Of a stretch of 32,000 bases of DNA, positions 22,474-31,295 are shown piece by piece. The stretch is from Acidothermus cellulolyticus 11B. GTDB taxonomy: Bacteria; Actinomycetota; Actinomycetes; Acidothermales; Acidothermaceae. Under the pieces are notes generated by a model, which saw nothing but the letters and a program-made list of their open reading frames with translations, was not told the DNA's origin and did no database searches. The stretch lies in NCBI RefSeq assembly GCF_000015025.1, contig NC_008578.1, positions 1,560,001-1,592,000 on the forward strand, read 5' to 3'. The number at the start of each line of letters is the position of its first letter. The first letter of the stretch is position 1. The translations under genes were made by a program, and so were the position numbers.

Positions 22474-23712
22474 TCAGCCGGCAGCGAATTCGAGCAGGGG
22501 AACCCACTGCTCGGCCGCGGTCAACGAACCATGGTGTCCGACCATGCGCGCCTCCCGGGGATGGGTCTGCCCGCAGACCAAGGCGAGGGTGCCGAGAGCC
22601 GCTACGATGACGTCCCCGATCCGCAGGGCCACGCGATCGTCCAGCTCGCCAAACCAGCCTGCTTCGATCGCCGCCGTCCGGGAGACGATCAGCGCCCGGT
22701 CACCGAGCCGGGCCCGCCACCGCCCGGCAACCTCCTCCGCGGCCCCGGCCTTGGTGTACAGGTACCGAACCCGAGCCTCCCCGCCGACCAACTCGACGTC
22801 CCGGAGCAGCTCCGGCTCGGCCTCGATGTCGATTCGCTCCGAGACGTCGACCATGCCGTGATCTCCCGTGAGGTACAGCCGGCACTCCGGCGGCAATCCG
22901 CTCACGATCGCCTCCACCAGCCGGTCGACGAAACGCAACTGCCACCGCCACGCGTCCGAATCGACCCCGTGGCCGTGACCCGCCCAGTCGAGATCGGACA
23001 CGTACGCGTAGATGAAGGTGGGCCGCGGCGAGCGCGCCGCCTCCCGCAGCACGTGATGCAGGCGGGCGACGATTTCGCCAAAGACGTCGGCCGGAAGATA
23101 CTCCCCGCCACGCAAGGCGGCGCGCGTCAGACCGCTCTCGCGGAAGTCACGTTTGGAGATCCGCACGACGCGCACCCCGGCGTCCACCGCCCGCTCGAAC
23201 AGGGTGCGCACCGGCTGCCAGGCGAGCGGGTCGACGGCGTCGTCCCAGTGCAGGGCGTTGAGCAGCCGGCCGGTCCCGGGGATGGCCGTCTGGTAACCGA
23301 CGATGCCGTGCCGGCCGGGCGGGATGCCGGTGCCGAGCGACGTCAGGCTGGTGGCGGTCGTGGACGGGAACCCGGCATGCAGCCGGCGGCCGCGTTGGAG
23401 CGCGGCGTGCAGGACCGGCGCGTCGGTCGGGTGGCCGGCAAGCTGCTCGGCGCCGAGGCCGTCGACGAGGAAGACGCACGCGACCTTTGTCGCGGGCAAG
23501 CCCAGCGGGTTCGTTCCGGCGTCGACGCCCAGCGAGGCGAGGACACTGCCGGCCAGGTCGGCAAGCGTCGATGTTCCGTACCGGGGAACGGCGACCGCTC
23601 CTGCGCCGCCGGAAAACCCGGCGACGCCGGCGGGACCGGATAAGCCGTCGGCGTGCACGACCGCCGCGACGGCTTCCGCACCCGGGCGATCCGTCGCCGC
23701 GCCCGTCGTCAC
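22474..23712 (-). CDS. Alkaline phosphatase superfamily protein (nucleotide pyrophosphatase/phosphodiesterase type)
   Basis: Motifs seen: FLVDGLGAEQL, FPSTTATSLTSLGTG (nucleophile Thr region), DWAGHGHG and LTGDHGMVD. GTGA overlap with the upstream gene stop. Confidence 0.8.
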   Translation of the reverse strand: MTTGAATDRPGAEAVAAVVHADGLSGPAGVAGFSGGAGAVAVPRYGTSTLADLAGSVLASLGVDAGTNPLGLPATKVACVFLVDGLGAEQLAGHPTDAPVLHAALQRGRRLHAGFPSTTATSLTSLGTGIPPGRHGIVGYQTAIPGTGRLLNALHWDDAVDPLAWQPVRTLFERAVDAGVRVVRISKRDFRESGLTRAALRGGEYLPADVFGEIVARLHHVLREAARSPRPTFIYAYVSDLDWAGHGHGVDSDAWRWQLRFVDRLVEAIVSGLPPECRLYLTGDHGMVDVSERIDIEAEPELLRDVELVGGEARVRYLYTKAGAAEEVAGRWRARLGDRALIVSRTAAIEAGWFGELDDRVALRIGDVIVAALGTLALVCGQTHPREARMVGHHGSLTAAEQWVPLLEFAAG

Positions 23713-24311
23713 GTCCGCGCCCTACTCGCCGCCTCCGAGACGACGCCGGCGAAATGCAGCACCTGGGCCACCACCGCGGGCCCGTCGCCGTCCTCGCTGA
23801 CCCGGAGTGACAGGTCGTCGGCGCTCATCGTCCCGGTGTAACCATGGTCGGCTTCGCAGTTCTCATCGCCGCACGACGCCGGCTCAAGGTCAAGGTGGCC
23901 GACCGCCCCCCAGCCGATCACCAAGGTGGCTTCCCGGCAGGCGGCACCGGGAACGTAGGCGGCGGGGTTGGCCACGGTGGTGGTGAGCGCCACGGATGTG
24001 ATCCGCGAGATCGGCACGACTTCGGTGGTCGTCGTCGCGTGCGGGTACGGGTGACCCTCGGCCGGCGGATGTTCGTCGGTGTGGCATACGACAAGCCGGG
24101 CCGGCGTCGCAACCAAGACGGTGACGTGGCGCCGAATCCCCATGTCGTCGTCGATCGTCGTCTCCTGGTGGACGACATGGGCGAGGATGTCGTCGGAGCC
24201 GATTGCCGCACGCAACGCGTCGGCCATGAGCTCCGGGTAGTAGCCGCTCCGTTCGACATCCGACCACAGGTCGGTGGCTGCCTGAGCGCTGCGGGCAGGG
24301 TTATCCGGCAT
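23709..24311 (-). CDS. Conserved actinobacterial protein (DUF5998-like; family name recalled from memory, not verified)
   Basis: The sequence reads LWSDVERSGYYPELMADALRAAIGSDDILAHVVHQETTIDDDMGIRRHVTVLVATPARLVVCHTDEH. ATG 24311 is preceded by GGAGG. The gene is translationally coupled to the phosphatase-family gene. Confidence 0.6.
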   Translation of the reverse strand: MPDNPARSAQAATDLWSDVERSGYYPELMADALRAAIGSDDILAHVVHQETTIDDDMGIRRHVTVLVATPARLVVCHTDEHPPAEGHPYPHATTTTEVVPISRITSVALTTTVANPAAYVPGAACREATLVIGWGAVGHLDLEPASCGDENCEADHGYTGTMSADDLSLRVSEDGDGPAVVAQVLHFAGVVSEAASRART

Positions 24312-24371
24312 GCCTCCATCCTCCACCACGAGCCGACCGCCGCGTGCCACCAGTGTGGAGACGGCGGCCGG

Positions 24372-26312
24372 TCAGGACGCGGACGACGGGCAGTGCGCGG
24401 GGAGCGTGTCGGCCGGCATCGGCTTCTGCAGCAGGAATCCCTGGCCGAGGCGGCAGCCGAGTTGGCGGAGAATTTCCAGCTGATCGTAGGTTTCGATCCC
24501 CTCCGCGACAAGATCGAGGTCGAGTTGCTGAGCCAGCCCGATGACGGCACGGGTGACGGCCTGATCCTGCGCCGTGCCCAGCAGACCGGCGATGAACGAC
24601 CGATCGAGCTTGAGGATGTCGACCGGGAACCGGCGTAGGTAGGACAGCGCCGAGTAGCCGGTACCGAAATCGTCAAGGGCGATCCGCACGCCTAAGTCGC
24701 GGAGGGCCCGCAGCACCGCGAGGGTCCCGGCCTCCTCATCGATGAAGACGCTCTCGGTCATCTCGAGGACAAGAACCTCCGGCGGTACGCCGCTCGCGGC
24801 AAGCGCGTCAGTGACCACATCGACGAAACCCGGTTCGGCAAGCTGGCGCACCGAGACGTTGACGGAGACGCAGAAGTCCTGCCGGCAATGGAGCCGCGGC
24901 GTCCACGCCACGCGGTGCTGCAGCGCCGTACGAAGCACCCACTCGCCGAGGGGGACCACCAGGCCGCTGTCTTCCGCGAGCGGGATGAAGTCCAGCGGAG
25001 GCACGAGACCCCGGGTCGGATGGGGCCAGCGGAGCAGTGCCTCGGCGCCGACCCACATGCCGGTGGCGAGTTCCACGATCGGCTGGAAGTCCAGCCGGAA
25101 CGCGCCGGCCTCGACGGCGGCGCGCAAATCCTCCTCCAAGGCGATCCGTTGCGCCGCGGCCCGCCGGAGCGCGGGCCGGAAGACGACGCACCGGCCCTTG
25201 CCGGTGTTCTTTGCTTCCGTCATGGCAAGGTCGGCGTCCGCGAGCAGCTCCGCCGGCTCGATGCCGCGGCTCGCCGAGGTCGCGACCCCGATGCTGGCGG
25301 AGAGGTGCACCGACCGGCCGTCCACCGCGAAGGGGGTGCGGAACGCATCCCGCAGCCGCAACGCGATCGCCTCGGCCTCGTTCGGCGCGGCAAGCCCGGT
25401 GACGAGGACGCCGAACTCGTCACCGCCGATGCGGGCCACCGTGTCAGTGGGACGCACGATCGCGGTCATGCGTTGAGCGATATCGCGGAGCAGCCGGTCG
25501 CCGTGCAGGTGACCGAGGGAATCGTTGACGCGTTTGAACCCGTCGATGTCCACCATGAGGACGCAGAGGTGGCCGCGGCCACGCTCGGCCTGTCCGACCG
25601 CGTCGGCAACCCGCGCGGCGAACGTCGTGCGGTTCACCAAGCCGGTGAGGGCGTCATGGCTTGCCAAGTGGTAACGCGCTGTTTCCGCCCGCCGCCGGGC
25701 ATGCACCGCACACACCACACTGCTGATGCTCCGCACGAAGCTGCGGTCCTCGGCTGTCAGGAGTTCGAGGACATCCCCCGCCCCTCCGAGCACCGCGGCG
25801 GCCCGATCCTCGCTCAACCCTAGGTGCTGGACGACGAGCAGCCGAGCTCGATCGACCAAATCGGCGGCTCCGGCGTCGTCGGTGACCGTCTGGCTGAACT
25901 CCCCGAGTTCCGCCAGTGCGGCAAGCCGCGCATTGTGCTCGGTGACGTCGATGTAGTGGCCGAGGACGAACGGCTCCTCGTCGGCCGCAGCAGTGAGAAT
26001 GCGGATGACGTGAATCTCGGTGCCGTCGGCACGGCACATCCGGACCTGCAGGCGCTGCGGCTCGCCGCCGATTCCCCAGTCCGCCCAATGGCGATCGTCG
26101 GGGCGGATGAACGTGGTCTCCTCGCTGCCGATCAGGGCATCGGCCTCGACGCCGACGAGCTCAGCGAACGCATCGTTGACCGCACGGAACCGTCCGGCGA
26201 CGTCGAGCAACGCCATGCCGATCGCGACACGCCGGTAGGTCTCGCCGAACCGCGCCTCGATCGCGTGCAGGTCAGCCGTCATGGAACCGATCCCATGGTC
26301 ATGCCACTCCAT
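24372..26312 (-). CDS. PAS-GGDEF-EAL signalling protein (diguanylate cyclase/c-di-GMP phosphodiesterase)
   Basis: The N-terminus is PAS-like. The intact cyclase motif RIGGDEFGVL is present. The EAL domain shows GAEALLRW, LVLEMTES, DDFGTGYS and EGIET. Confidence 0.9.
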   Translation of the reverse strand: MEWHDHGIGSMTADLHAIEARFGETYRRVAIGMALLDVAGRFRAVNDAFAELVGVEADALIGSEETTFIRPDDRHWADWGIGGEPQRLQVRMCRADGTEIHVIRILTAAADEEPFVLGHYIDVTEHNARLAALAELGEFSQTVTDDAGAADLVDRARLLVVQHLGLSEDRAAAVLGGAGDVLELLTAEDRSFVRSISSVVCAVHARRRAETARYHLASHDALTGLVNRTTFAARVADAVGQAERGRGHLCVLMVDIDGFKRVNDSLGHLHGDRLLRDIAQRMTAIVRPTDTVARIGGDEFGVLVTGLAAPNEAEAIALRLRDAFRTPFAVDGRSVHLSASIGVATSASRGIEPAELLADADLAMTEAKNTGKGRCVVFRPALRRAAAQRIALEEDLRAAVEAGAFRLDFQPIVELATGMWVGAEALLRWPHPTRGLVPPLDFIPLAEDSGLVVPLGEWVLRTALQHRVAWTPRLHCRQDFCVSVNVSVRQLAEPGFVDVVTDALAASGVPPEVLVLEMTESVFIDEEAGTLAVLRALRDLGVRIALDDFGTGYSALSYLRRFPVDILKLDRSFIAGLLGTAQDQAVTRAVIGLAQQLDLDLVAEGIETYDQLEILRQLGCRLGQGFLLQKPMPADTLPAHCPSSAS

Positions 26313-26410
26313 CGGCCGATCCGGTGCTTTCCCGAGGGAAAACGCCTAGAAAGGTCAAGACCACTCACGCCCCGCCGGGACCGCCGAGAGCCGACGGATC
26401 CGCCCGAGCG

Positions 26411-27562
26411 CTAGGCGTCCTCCGGTGGGTCGGTCGTGCGGTCGGACCGTGGGTCGGTCGTGCGGTCGGACCGTGGTGCCGCCGCACCGGTCATCCGGCG
26501 GATCTGCTCGGCAACCCAGCCCCCGACGTTCGCGGCGCCGGAGCCGATGTCGCGCAGCAACCGGAACAGGGGGTCCGGCGAGCGGTCGAAGGCCTCCTTG
26601 TACGCCGCTGCGGCGGCTTTCACCTCGTCGGTGAAGGAGGTGCGTGAATCATCCGCCCGCTTGGGATAGTCACCGGCGAGGATTCGCTCGTAGGCACCGG
26701 ATTCGACCCACCGCTTTATTTCCAACGCCCGGAGCACGGCGAACGGATGCGTTGCGTGCAGCAGGTTGAGCAGCCGGATGACGCCTTCGCGGATGTCCCC
26801 ACCCGCCTCGTACTCCTCCGCCTGGTCGAGGAAGGCGCGGAAATCCAGCTGGTCGAGGTGCGCGCCGCCCGCCAGCTTCATGTGCAGCCGGGTGAGCGCG
26901 GCCGGATCCTGGCAGACCAGCAGGCCGGCCCGATCGCAGGAGAGTTCGGCTTTGCGGTGCCACTCTTGCAGCGCCATGACGATCGCCCGCAGGCCGGCGG
27001 CGCCGAGCGGAAGGATCGCGACCCGCCCGATGCGCAGCAGCGTGAAGAGCACCGAACTGTATACCGCATGCCCGGAGAGGACGTGACCGAATTCGTGACC
27101 AATGACGGCGCGGAGCTCGTCCTCGTCAGCCAACTCAACCAATCCGCTGCTGACCACGACGAAGGGGTGATCCAAGCCGAGGGTCCACGCGTTGGCTGCC
27201 GGATTCTGCGTGACAAAAAGCTGCGGCACCTCCGGCAGGTCGAGAATTTCCGCGGCCTCGACGGCGATGCGATGCAGCGTAGGAAATTGCCGTTCATCAA
27301 CCCGCACCGATGACGCAAGAAAGAGCATGCGCAACCGGCGCTCGCTGAAGAAGCCGAACATTCCCTTGACGAGAGCGTCGAAGCCGGGTACGCCGCGCAG
27401 CGCCGCAAGGGCCGCCCGATCGGCGGGATGCTCGTAGCTGCGGGCGCTGATTCCGGGGAACCGGACGCGTTGGGCAGGATGCGACGCCGACCGGCCGGTG
27501 GACCGGGACGCCCGGCCGCGCGGTGCACGGGGTGGACGGCGCTCGACGGGTTCTTCTGTCAT
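26411..27562 (-). CDS. M48-family zinc metallopeptidase
   Basis: The HExxH motif appears as AVIGHEFGHVLSGH, with downstream ELSCDRAG. I trimmed the start to ATG 27562. The C-terminal tail holds the duplicated octapeptide TDPRSDRT. Confidence 0.82.
   Translation of the reverse strand: MTEEPVERRPPRAPRGRASRSTGRSASHPAQRVRFPGISARSYEHPADRAALAALRGVPGFDALVKGMFGFFSERRLRMLFLASSVRVDERQFPTLHRIAVEAAEILDLPEVPQLFVTQNPAANAWTLGLDHPFVVVSSGLVELADEDELRAVIGHEFGHVLSGHAVYSSVLFTLLRIGRVAILPLGAAGLRAIVMALQEWHRKAELSCDRAGLLVCQDPAALTRLHMKLAGGAHLDQLDFRAFLDQAEEYEAGGDIREGVIRLLNLLHATHPFAVLRALEIKRWVESGAYERILAGDYPKRADDSRTSFTDEVKAAAAAYKEAFDRSPDPLFRLLRDIGSGAANVGGWVAEQIRRMTGAAAPRSDRTTDPRSDRTTDPPEDA
26425..26476. repeat. Perfect 24-bp tandem duplication (plus 4 nt of a third copy) inside the 3' end of the M48 gene
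   Basis: gtgggtcggtcgtgcggtcggacc appears twice (26425-26448 and 26449-26472), followed by gtgg. On the minus strand it encodes ...PRSDRTTDPRSDRTTDPPEDA. Confidence 0.92.
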
Positions 27563-27600
27563 GCCGCCACGGTACGCCGCACGCATGGATCTCCGGCAGA

Positions 27601-30042
27601 ATGGCGGCCATGGCACGACGTACCCAGACCCCGCCGACCCCGCCGCCGGACGGGCGCGTCATCGACGTTGATGTCGCCGCCGAGATGCGCGGCAGCTACC
27701 TGGAATACGCCTATTCGGTCATTTACTCGCGCGCCCTGCCGGACGCACGGGACGGCCTGAAGCCGGTGCACCGGCGCATTCTTTATCAAATGCGCGAGAT
27801 GGGGTTACGGTCCGATCGTCCGCACGTGAAATGTGCACGCGTCGTCGGTGACGTGATGGGCAAACTGCACCCACACGGCGACATGGCCATCTACGACGCG
27901 CTGGTGCGCATGGCGCAGCCGTTTGCCATGTGGCTTCCCCTCGTCGACGGCCATGGGAATTTCGGGTCGCTCGGCGGCGACGATCCGCCGGCGGCGTATC
28001 GGTACACCGAGTGCCGGATGACCGCGGCCGCGGAGGCCATGACCGCGGACCTGGACGAGGACGTCGTCGATTTCGCCCCCAATTACGACGGGCAGGAGAC
28101 CGAGCCCGTCGTTTTGCCGGCCGCCTTTCCGAATTTGCTGGTGAACGGCGCCAGCGGAATTGCGGTGGGGATGGCGACGAACATGCCGCCGCACAACCTC
28201 GGCGAGGTGGTGGCGGCGGCCCGCTATTTGCTGGAGAACCCGCAGGCGTCGCTTGACGAGCTCATGCGCTGGGTGCCGGGCCCGGACCTGCCGACAGGCG
28301 GGGAAATTGTCGGCCTCGACGGCGTCCGGGAGGCGTACGCCACCGGGCGGGGAAGTTTCCGGATGCGCGCGACAGCGCGCATCGAAGAGGTCCGCGGCCG
28401 GCGAAAGGGCATCGTCGTCACCGAACTGCCGTACGGGGTCGGGCCGGAACGAGTGGTCGCCCGGATCAAAGACCTTGTGAGCGCGAAGAAACTGGCCGGC
28501 ATCGCCGACGTCCGGGACCTCACCGACCGCCATCACGGACTTCGGGTGGTCATCGAGGTGCGGCAGGGTTTCGACCCGCAGGCGGTCCTCGACCAGTTGT
28601 ACAAGCTCACGCCGCTCGAAGAGTCGTTCGCCGTCAACAACGTGGCACTCGTCGACGGGCAGCCGCGCACCCTCGGTCTCGCGGACCTGCTCCAGGTGTA
28701 CGTCGGCCATCGGATCGAGGTGACCCGGCGCCGGTCGGCATTCCGCAAAAAGCGACGCGAAGCCCAGCTGCACATTGTTGAAGGCCGGTTACGCGCCATC
28801 GTCGACATCGACCGGGTCATCGCCATCATCCGGGCCAGTGATGACACCGCACAGGCCCGTGACGCACTGATGGAAACATTTGGATTGACCGAGGTGCAGG
28901 CGAATGACATTCTCGACCTGCCGCTGCGCCGGCTCACAAAATTCTCGAAAATTGAATTAGAGGCCGAACGTGACGAGCTCCGCCGTGACATCGCGTCCCT
29001 TGGCGACATTCTCGGGTCCGAGCAGCGGCTGCGGGCGGTCGTCAGTGCCGAACTCGCAGCCGTCGCCGAGCAATTCGCGACACCACGGCGCACGCGGTTG
29101 ACGGCCGACGACGGGTCGCCGGTGACGAGCCGGCCACTGGAGATTCCCGACTCGCCGTGCTGCGTCGTCCTCTCCGCGACCGGCCTGCTGGCCCGGACCA
29201 CGGGGCCCGGATTTCCTTCCGGCGACGCCGACCGGGCCCGGCACGACGCGATTGCGGACGCCGTCGAGGTCACGACCCGCGGTGACGTCGGCCTCATCAC
29301 CAGTCAGGGCCGGGTGCTGCGCCTGCCTGTTCTCGACCTGCCGTCCCTCGATGACACTGGTCCGGTCAGCCTTGCCGGCGGTCTCCCGGTGAGCGAGGTT
29401 CTCGGGTTGGAGGCCGGGGAGGAGCTCGTCGGCCTCACCCCGGTGAGCGAGCAGTTGGACGTCGTCCTCGCGACCAGGTCAGGCGTGGTGAAGCGGGTCA
29501 GCGGGCGGATGCCGGAGCGGAAGCCGGACGCGTCGATCATTGCGCTGCGACCCGGTGACCGTGTCGTCGGTGCGCGCAGCGTGCGCACCGGCCGGGATGA
29601 GCTCGTCCTCATCACGTCGGACGCCCAGCTGCTGCACTTCCCGGTCGCCGAGCTGCGTCCGCAGGGCTTCGCCGCCGCCGGCGTGGCAGGCATCCACCTG
29701 AGCGACGGCGCATCGGTGATCTTCTTCTCGGCCGTTGACCCCGCGCGCCCGGCCGTCGTTGTGACGATCGCCGGCGCTTCGGCCGCGCTGCCTGGTACGC
29801 AGGCGGGGTCGGCGAAGGTCACGCGATTCAGCGAATTCCCCGGCAAGGGCCGGGGCACCCGGGGTGTCCGCTGTCACCGGTTCCTCCGCGGCGAAGACAC
29901 CCTGCTCCTCGGCTGGGCGGGTCCCGCGCCGGCCAAGGCTGTCACCGCATCCGGCCAGCCGGTCGAGCTGCCGCCAGCGAATGGGAAACGCGACGGCTCG
30001 GGCACTCCCCTGCCGACCCCGGTGGCGGCGGTCGGCTGGTAG
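27601..30042 (+). CDS. parC: Type IIA DNA topoisomerase subunit A (topoisomerase IV ParC/GyrA-like)
   Basis: Motifs seen: YLEYAYSVIYSRALPDARDGLKPVHRRILY, HPHGD and the catalytic Tyr context AAYRYTECRM. The C-terminal domain is beta-pinwheel-like. ATG 27601 or 27610 is the likely start. The track ORF begins at 27523. Confidence 0.9.
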   Translation: MAAMARRTQTPPTPPPDGRVIDVDVAAEMRGSYLEYAYSVIYSRALPDARDGLKPVHRRILYQMREMGLRSDRPHVKCARVVGDVMGKLHPHGDMAIYDALVRMAQPFAMWLPLVDGHGNFGSLGGDDPPAAYRYTECRMTAAAEAMTADLDEDVVDFAPNYDGQETEPVVLPAAFPNLLVNGASGIAVGMATNMPPHNLGEVVAAARYLLENPQASLDELMRWVPGPDLPTGGEIVGLDGVREAYATGRGSFRMRATARIEEVRGRRKGIVVTELPYGVGPERVVARIKDLVSAKKLAGIADVRDLTDRHHGLRVVIEVRQGFDPQAVLDQLYKLTPLEESFAVNNVALVDGQPRTLGLADLLQVYVGHRIEVTRRRSAFRKKRREAQLHIVEGRLRAIVDIDRVIAIIRASDDTAQARDALMETFGLTEVQANDILDLPLRRLTKFSKIELEAERDELRRDIASLGDILGSEQRLRAVVSAELAAVAEQFATPRRTRLTADDGSPVTSRPLEIPDSPCCVVLSATGLLARTTGPGFPSGDADRARHDAIADAVEVTTRGDVGLITSQGRVLRLPVLDLPSLDDTGPVSLAGGLPVSEVLGLEAGEELVGLTPVSEQLDVVLATRSGVVKRVSGRMPERKPDASIIALRPGDRVVGARSVRTGRDELVLITSDAQLLHFPVAELRPQGFAAAGVAGIHLSDGASVIFFSAVDPARPAVVVTIAGASAALPGTQAGSAKVTRFSEFPGKGRGTRGVRCHRFLRGEDTLLLGWAGPAPAKAVTASGQPVELPPANGKRDGSGTPLPTPVAAVGW

Positions 30043-30130
30043 GTCGGACCGGCGCCCGCTCCCGCCAGACCGCTGGCGACAAGCCTGACCCCAGCCCGGT
30101 GGACTACCTCGCGCCCGGTGTGCTGCACGC

Positions 30131-30169
30131 CCCTGCACGGCCCGTGGGATGCCCGCCCTGCGCGGCCCG
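30131..30169. repeat. 14-bp direct repeat x2 with a 25-bp period, in the parC-DLH spacer
   Basis: ccctgcacggcccg (30131-30144) and ccctgcgcggcccg (30156-30169) match at 13 of 14 positions. Confidence 0.8.
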
Positions 30170-30234
30170 GCGGACGCAGCCCGACGCCGTAGGGTAATGA
30201 ACATCGGTCAAGTAAAGAGGAACGAGGTGGGACG

Positions 30235-30987
30235 ATGCCGTACGACGCCTTTCTCGCTGAGACGGTGACGATCCACGGACACGGCGGCGATGCCATCGAA
30301 GCGTACGCCGCGCGGCCGTTGCGGCCGGAGCCGCGCGGTGGGGTCGTGGTCATCCACCACATGCCCGGCTACGACCGCGCCACCAAGGAAATCACCCGTC
30401 GGTTCGCCGAGGCCGGGTTCAATGCGATCTGCCCGAATCTCTACAGCCGCGAGGCACCCGGTGCTGCACCGGACGACGCGGCCGCCGCGGCGAGGGCACG
30501 CGGCGGCGTCCCCGACGACCGACTGGTCGGCGACGTCGCCGGCGCCGCCACATACCTACGGGAATTGTCCAACGCCAACGGCAAAGTCGGCGTCATCGGC
30601 TACTGCTCCGGCGGCCGGCAAGCGGTGCTCGCCGCGTGCAGCCTTGACATCAACGCGGCGGTCGACTGTTACGGCGCATTCGTCGTCTCCCCTCCCCCGC
30701 CGGGTGCGCCGCTCGCCGTCCGGCCGCTTACCGACGAATTACCGAAGCTCCGCTGTCCGCTGCTCGGCCTCTTCGGCGCGGACGACGCCCACCCAAGCCC
30801 CGCGGAAACCGCGGAATTCGAGAAAATTCTCGCCGAACACGGGAAGACGTACGAGTTTCACACGTACAACGGCGCAGGCCATGCGTTCTTCGCGGTGGAC
30901 CGGCCAAGCTACCGGCCGGAAGCCGCAAATGACGGTTGGCAACGCATTCTCGAGTGGTTCCAGCGGTACCTCGCGACCGGGGCATAG
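30235..30987 (+). CDS. Dienelactone hydrolase family protein
   Basis: The alpha/beta-hydrolase layout shows VVVIHHMPG, the nucleophile elbow GVIGYCSGG and YNGAGHAF. Confidence 0.85.
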   Translation: MPYDAFLAETVTIHGHGGDAIEAYAARPLRPEPRGGVVVIHHMPGYDRATKEITRRFAEAGFNAICPNLYSREAPGAAPDDAAAAARARGGVPDDRLVGDVAGAATYLRELSNANGKVGVIGYCSGGRQAVLAACSLDINAAVDCYGAFVVSPPPPGAPLAVRPLTDELPKLRCPLLGLFGADDAHPSPAETAEFEKILAEHGKTYEFHTYNGAGHAFFAVDRPSYRPEAANDGWQRILEWFQRYLATGA

Positions 30988-30990
30988 TCG

Positions 30991-31281
30991 ATGTGCACGT
31001 ACGTTACGAAATGCCTGCCCATTCACGGCAGTGCCAAAGGACCGCACGGCTGGTTCTCAGCCCGCACGGCCTCGGTGTATCTCGACCATCCCGTGCACGC
31101 GCCGGCCGATCACACGCTGAATATCGATGTGCTCAATCCCGAACGCGGTCCGGAATATCGGGTCGCGGTCGAACTCGATCCGGCGTCGGCGCGGGAACTG
31201 GCTTACGCCATCCTCGAACTCGTCGAGACCTTCGGGGATGGCGGCGGAAACATCGGAACCGGTCCCACCCGCGCGGGATAG
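30991..31281 (+). CDS. Small conserved hypothetical protein (96 aa)
   Basis: The ATG lies 3 nt after the DLH stop, which suggests coupling. The composition looks like real coding sequence (MCTYVTKCLPIHGSAKGPHGWFSARTASVYLDHPVHAPADHTLNIDVLNPERGPEYRVAVELD). I cannot name the family with confidence. Confidence 0.55.
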   Translation: MCTYVTKCLPIHGSAKGPHGWFSARTASVYLDHPVHAPADHTLNIDVLNPERGPEYRVAVELDPASARELAYAILELVETFGDGGGNIGTGPTRAG

Positions 31282-31295
31282 TCGCCGAGGCAGCC

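Noticed and set aside
21472-23643. A 723-aa plus-strand ORF spanning two minus-strand genes.
   Set aside because: Its product is extremely Arg/Gly/Pro-rich with no recognisable motif. It lies antisense to two ORFs with clear family signatures (rhodanese, NPP). This is a typical shadow ORF of high-GC DNA.
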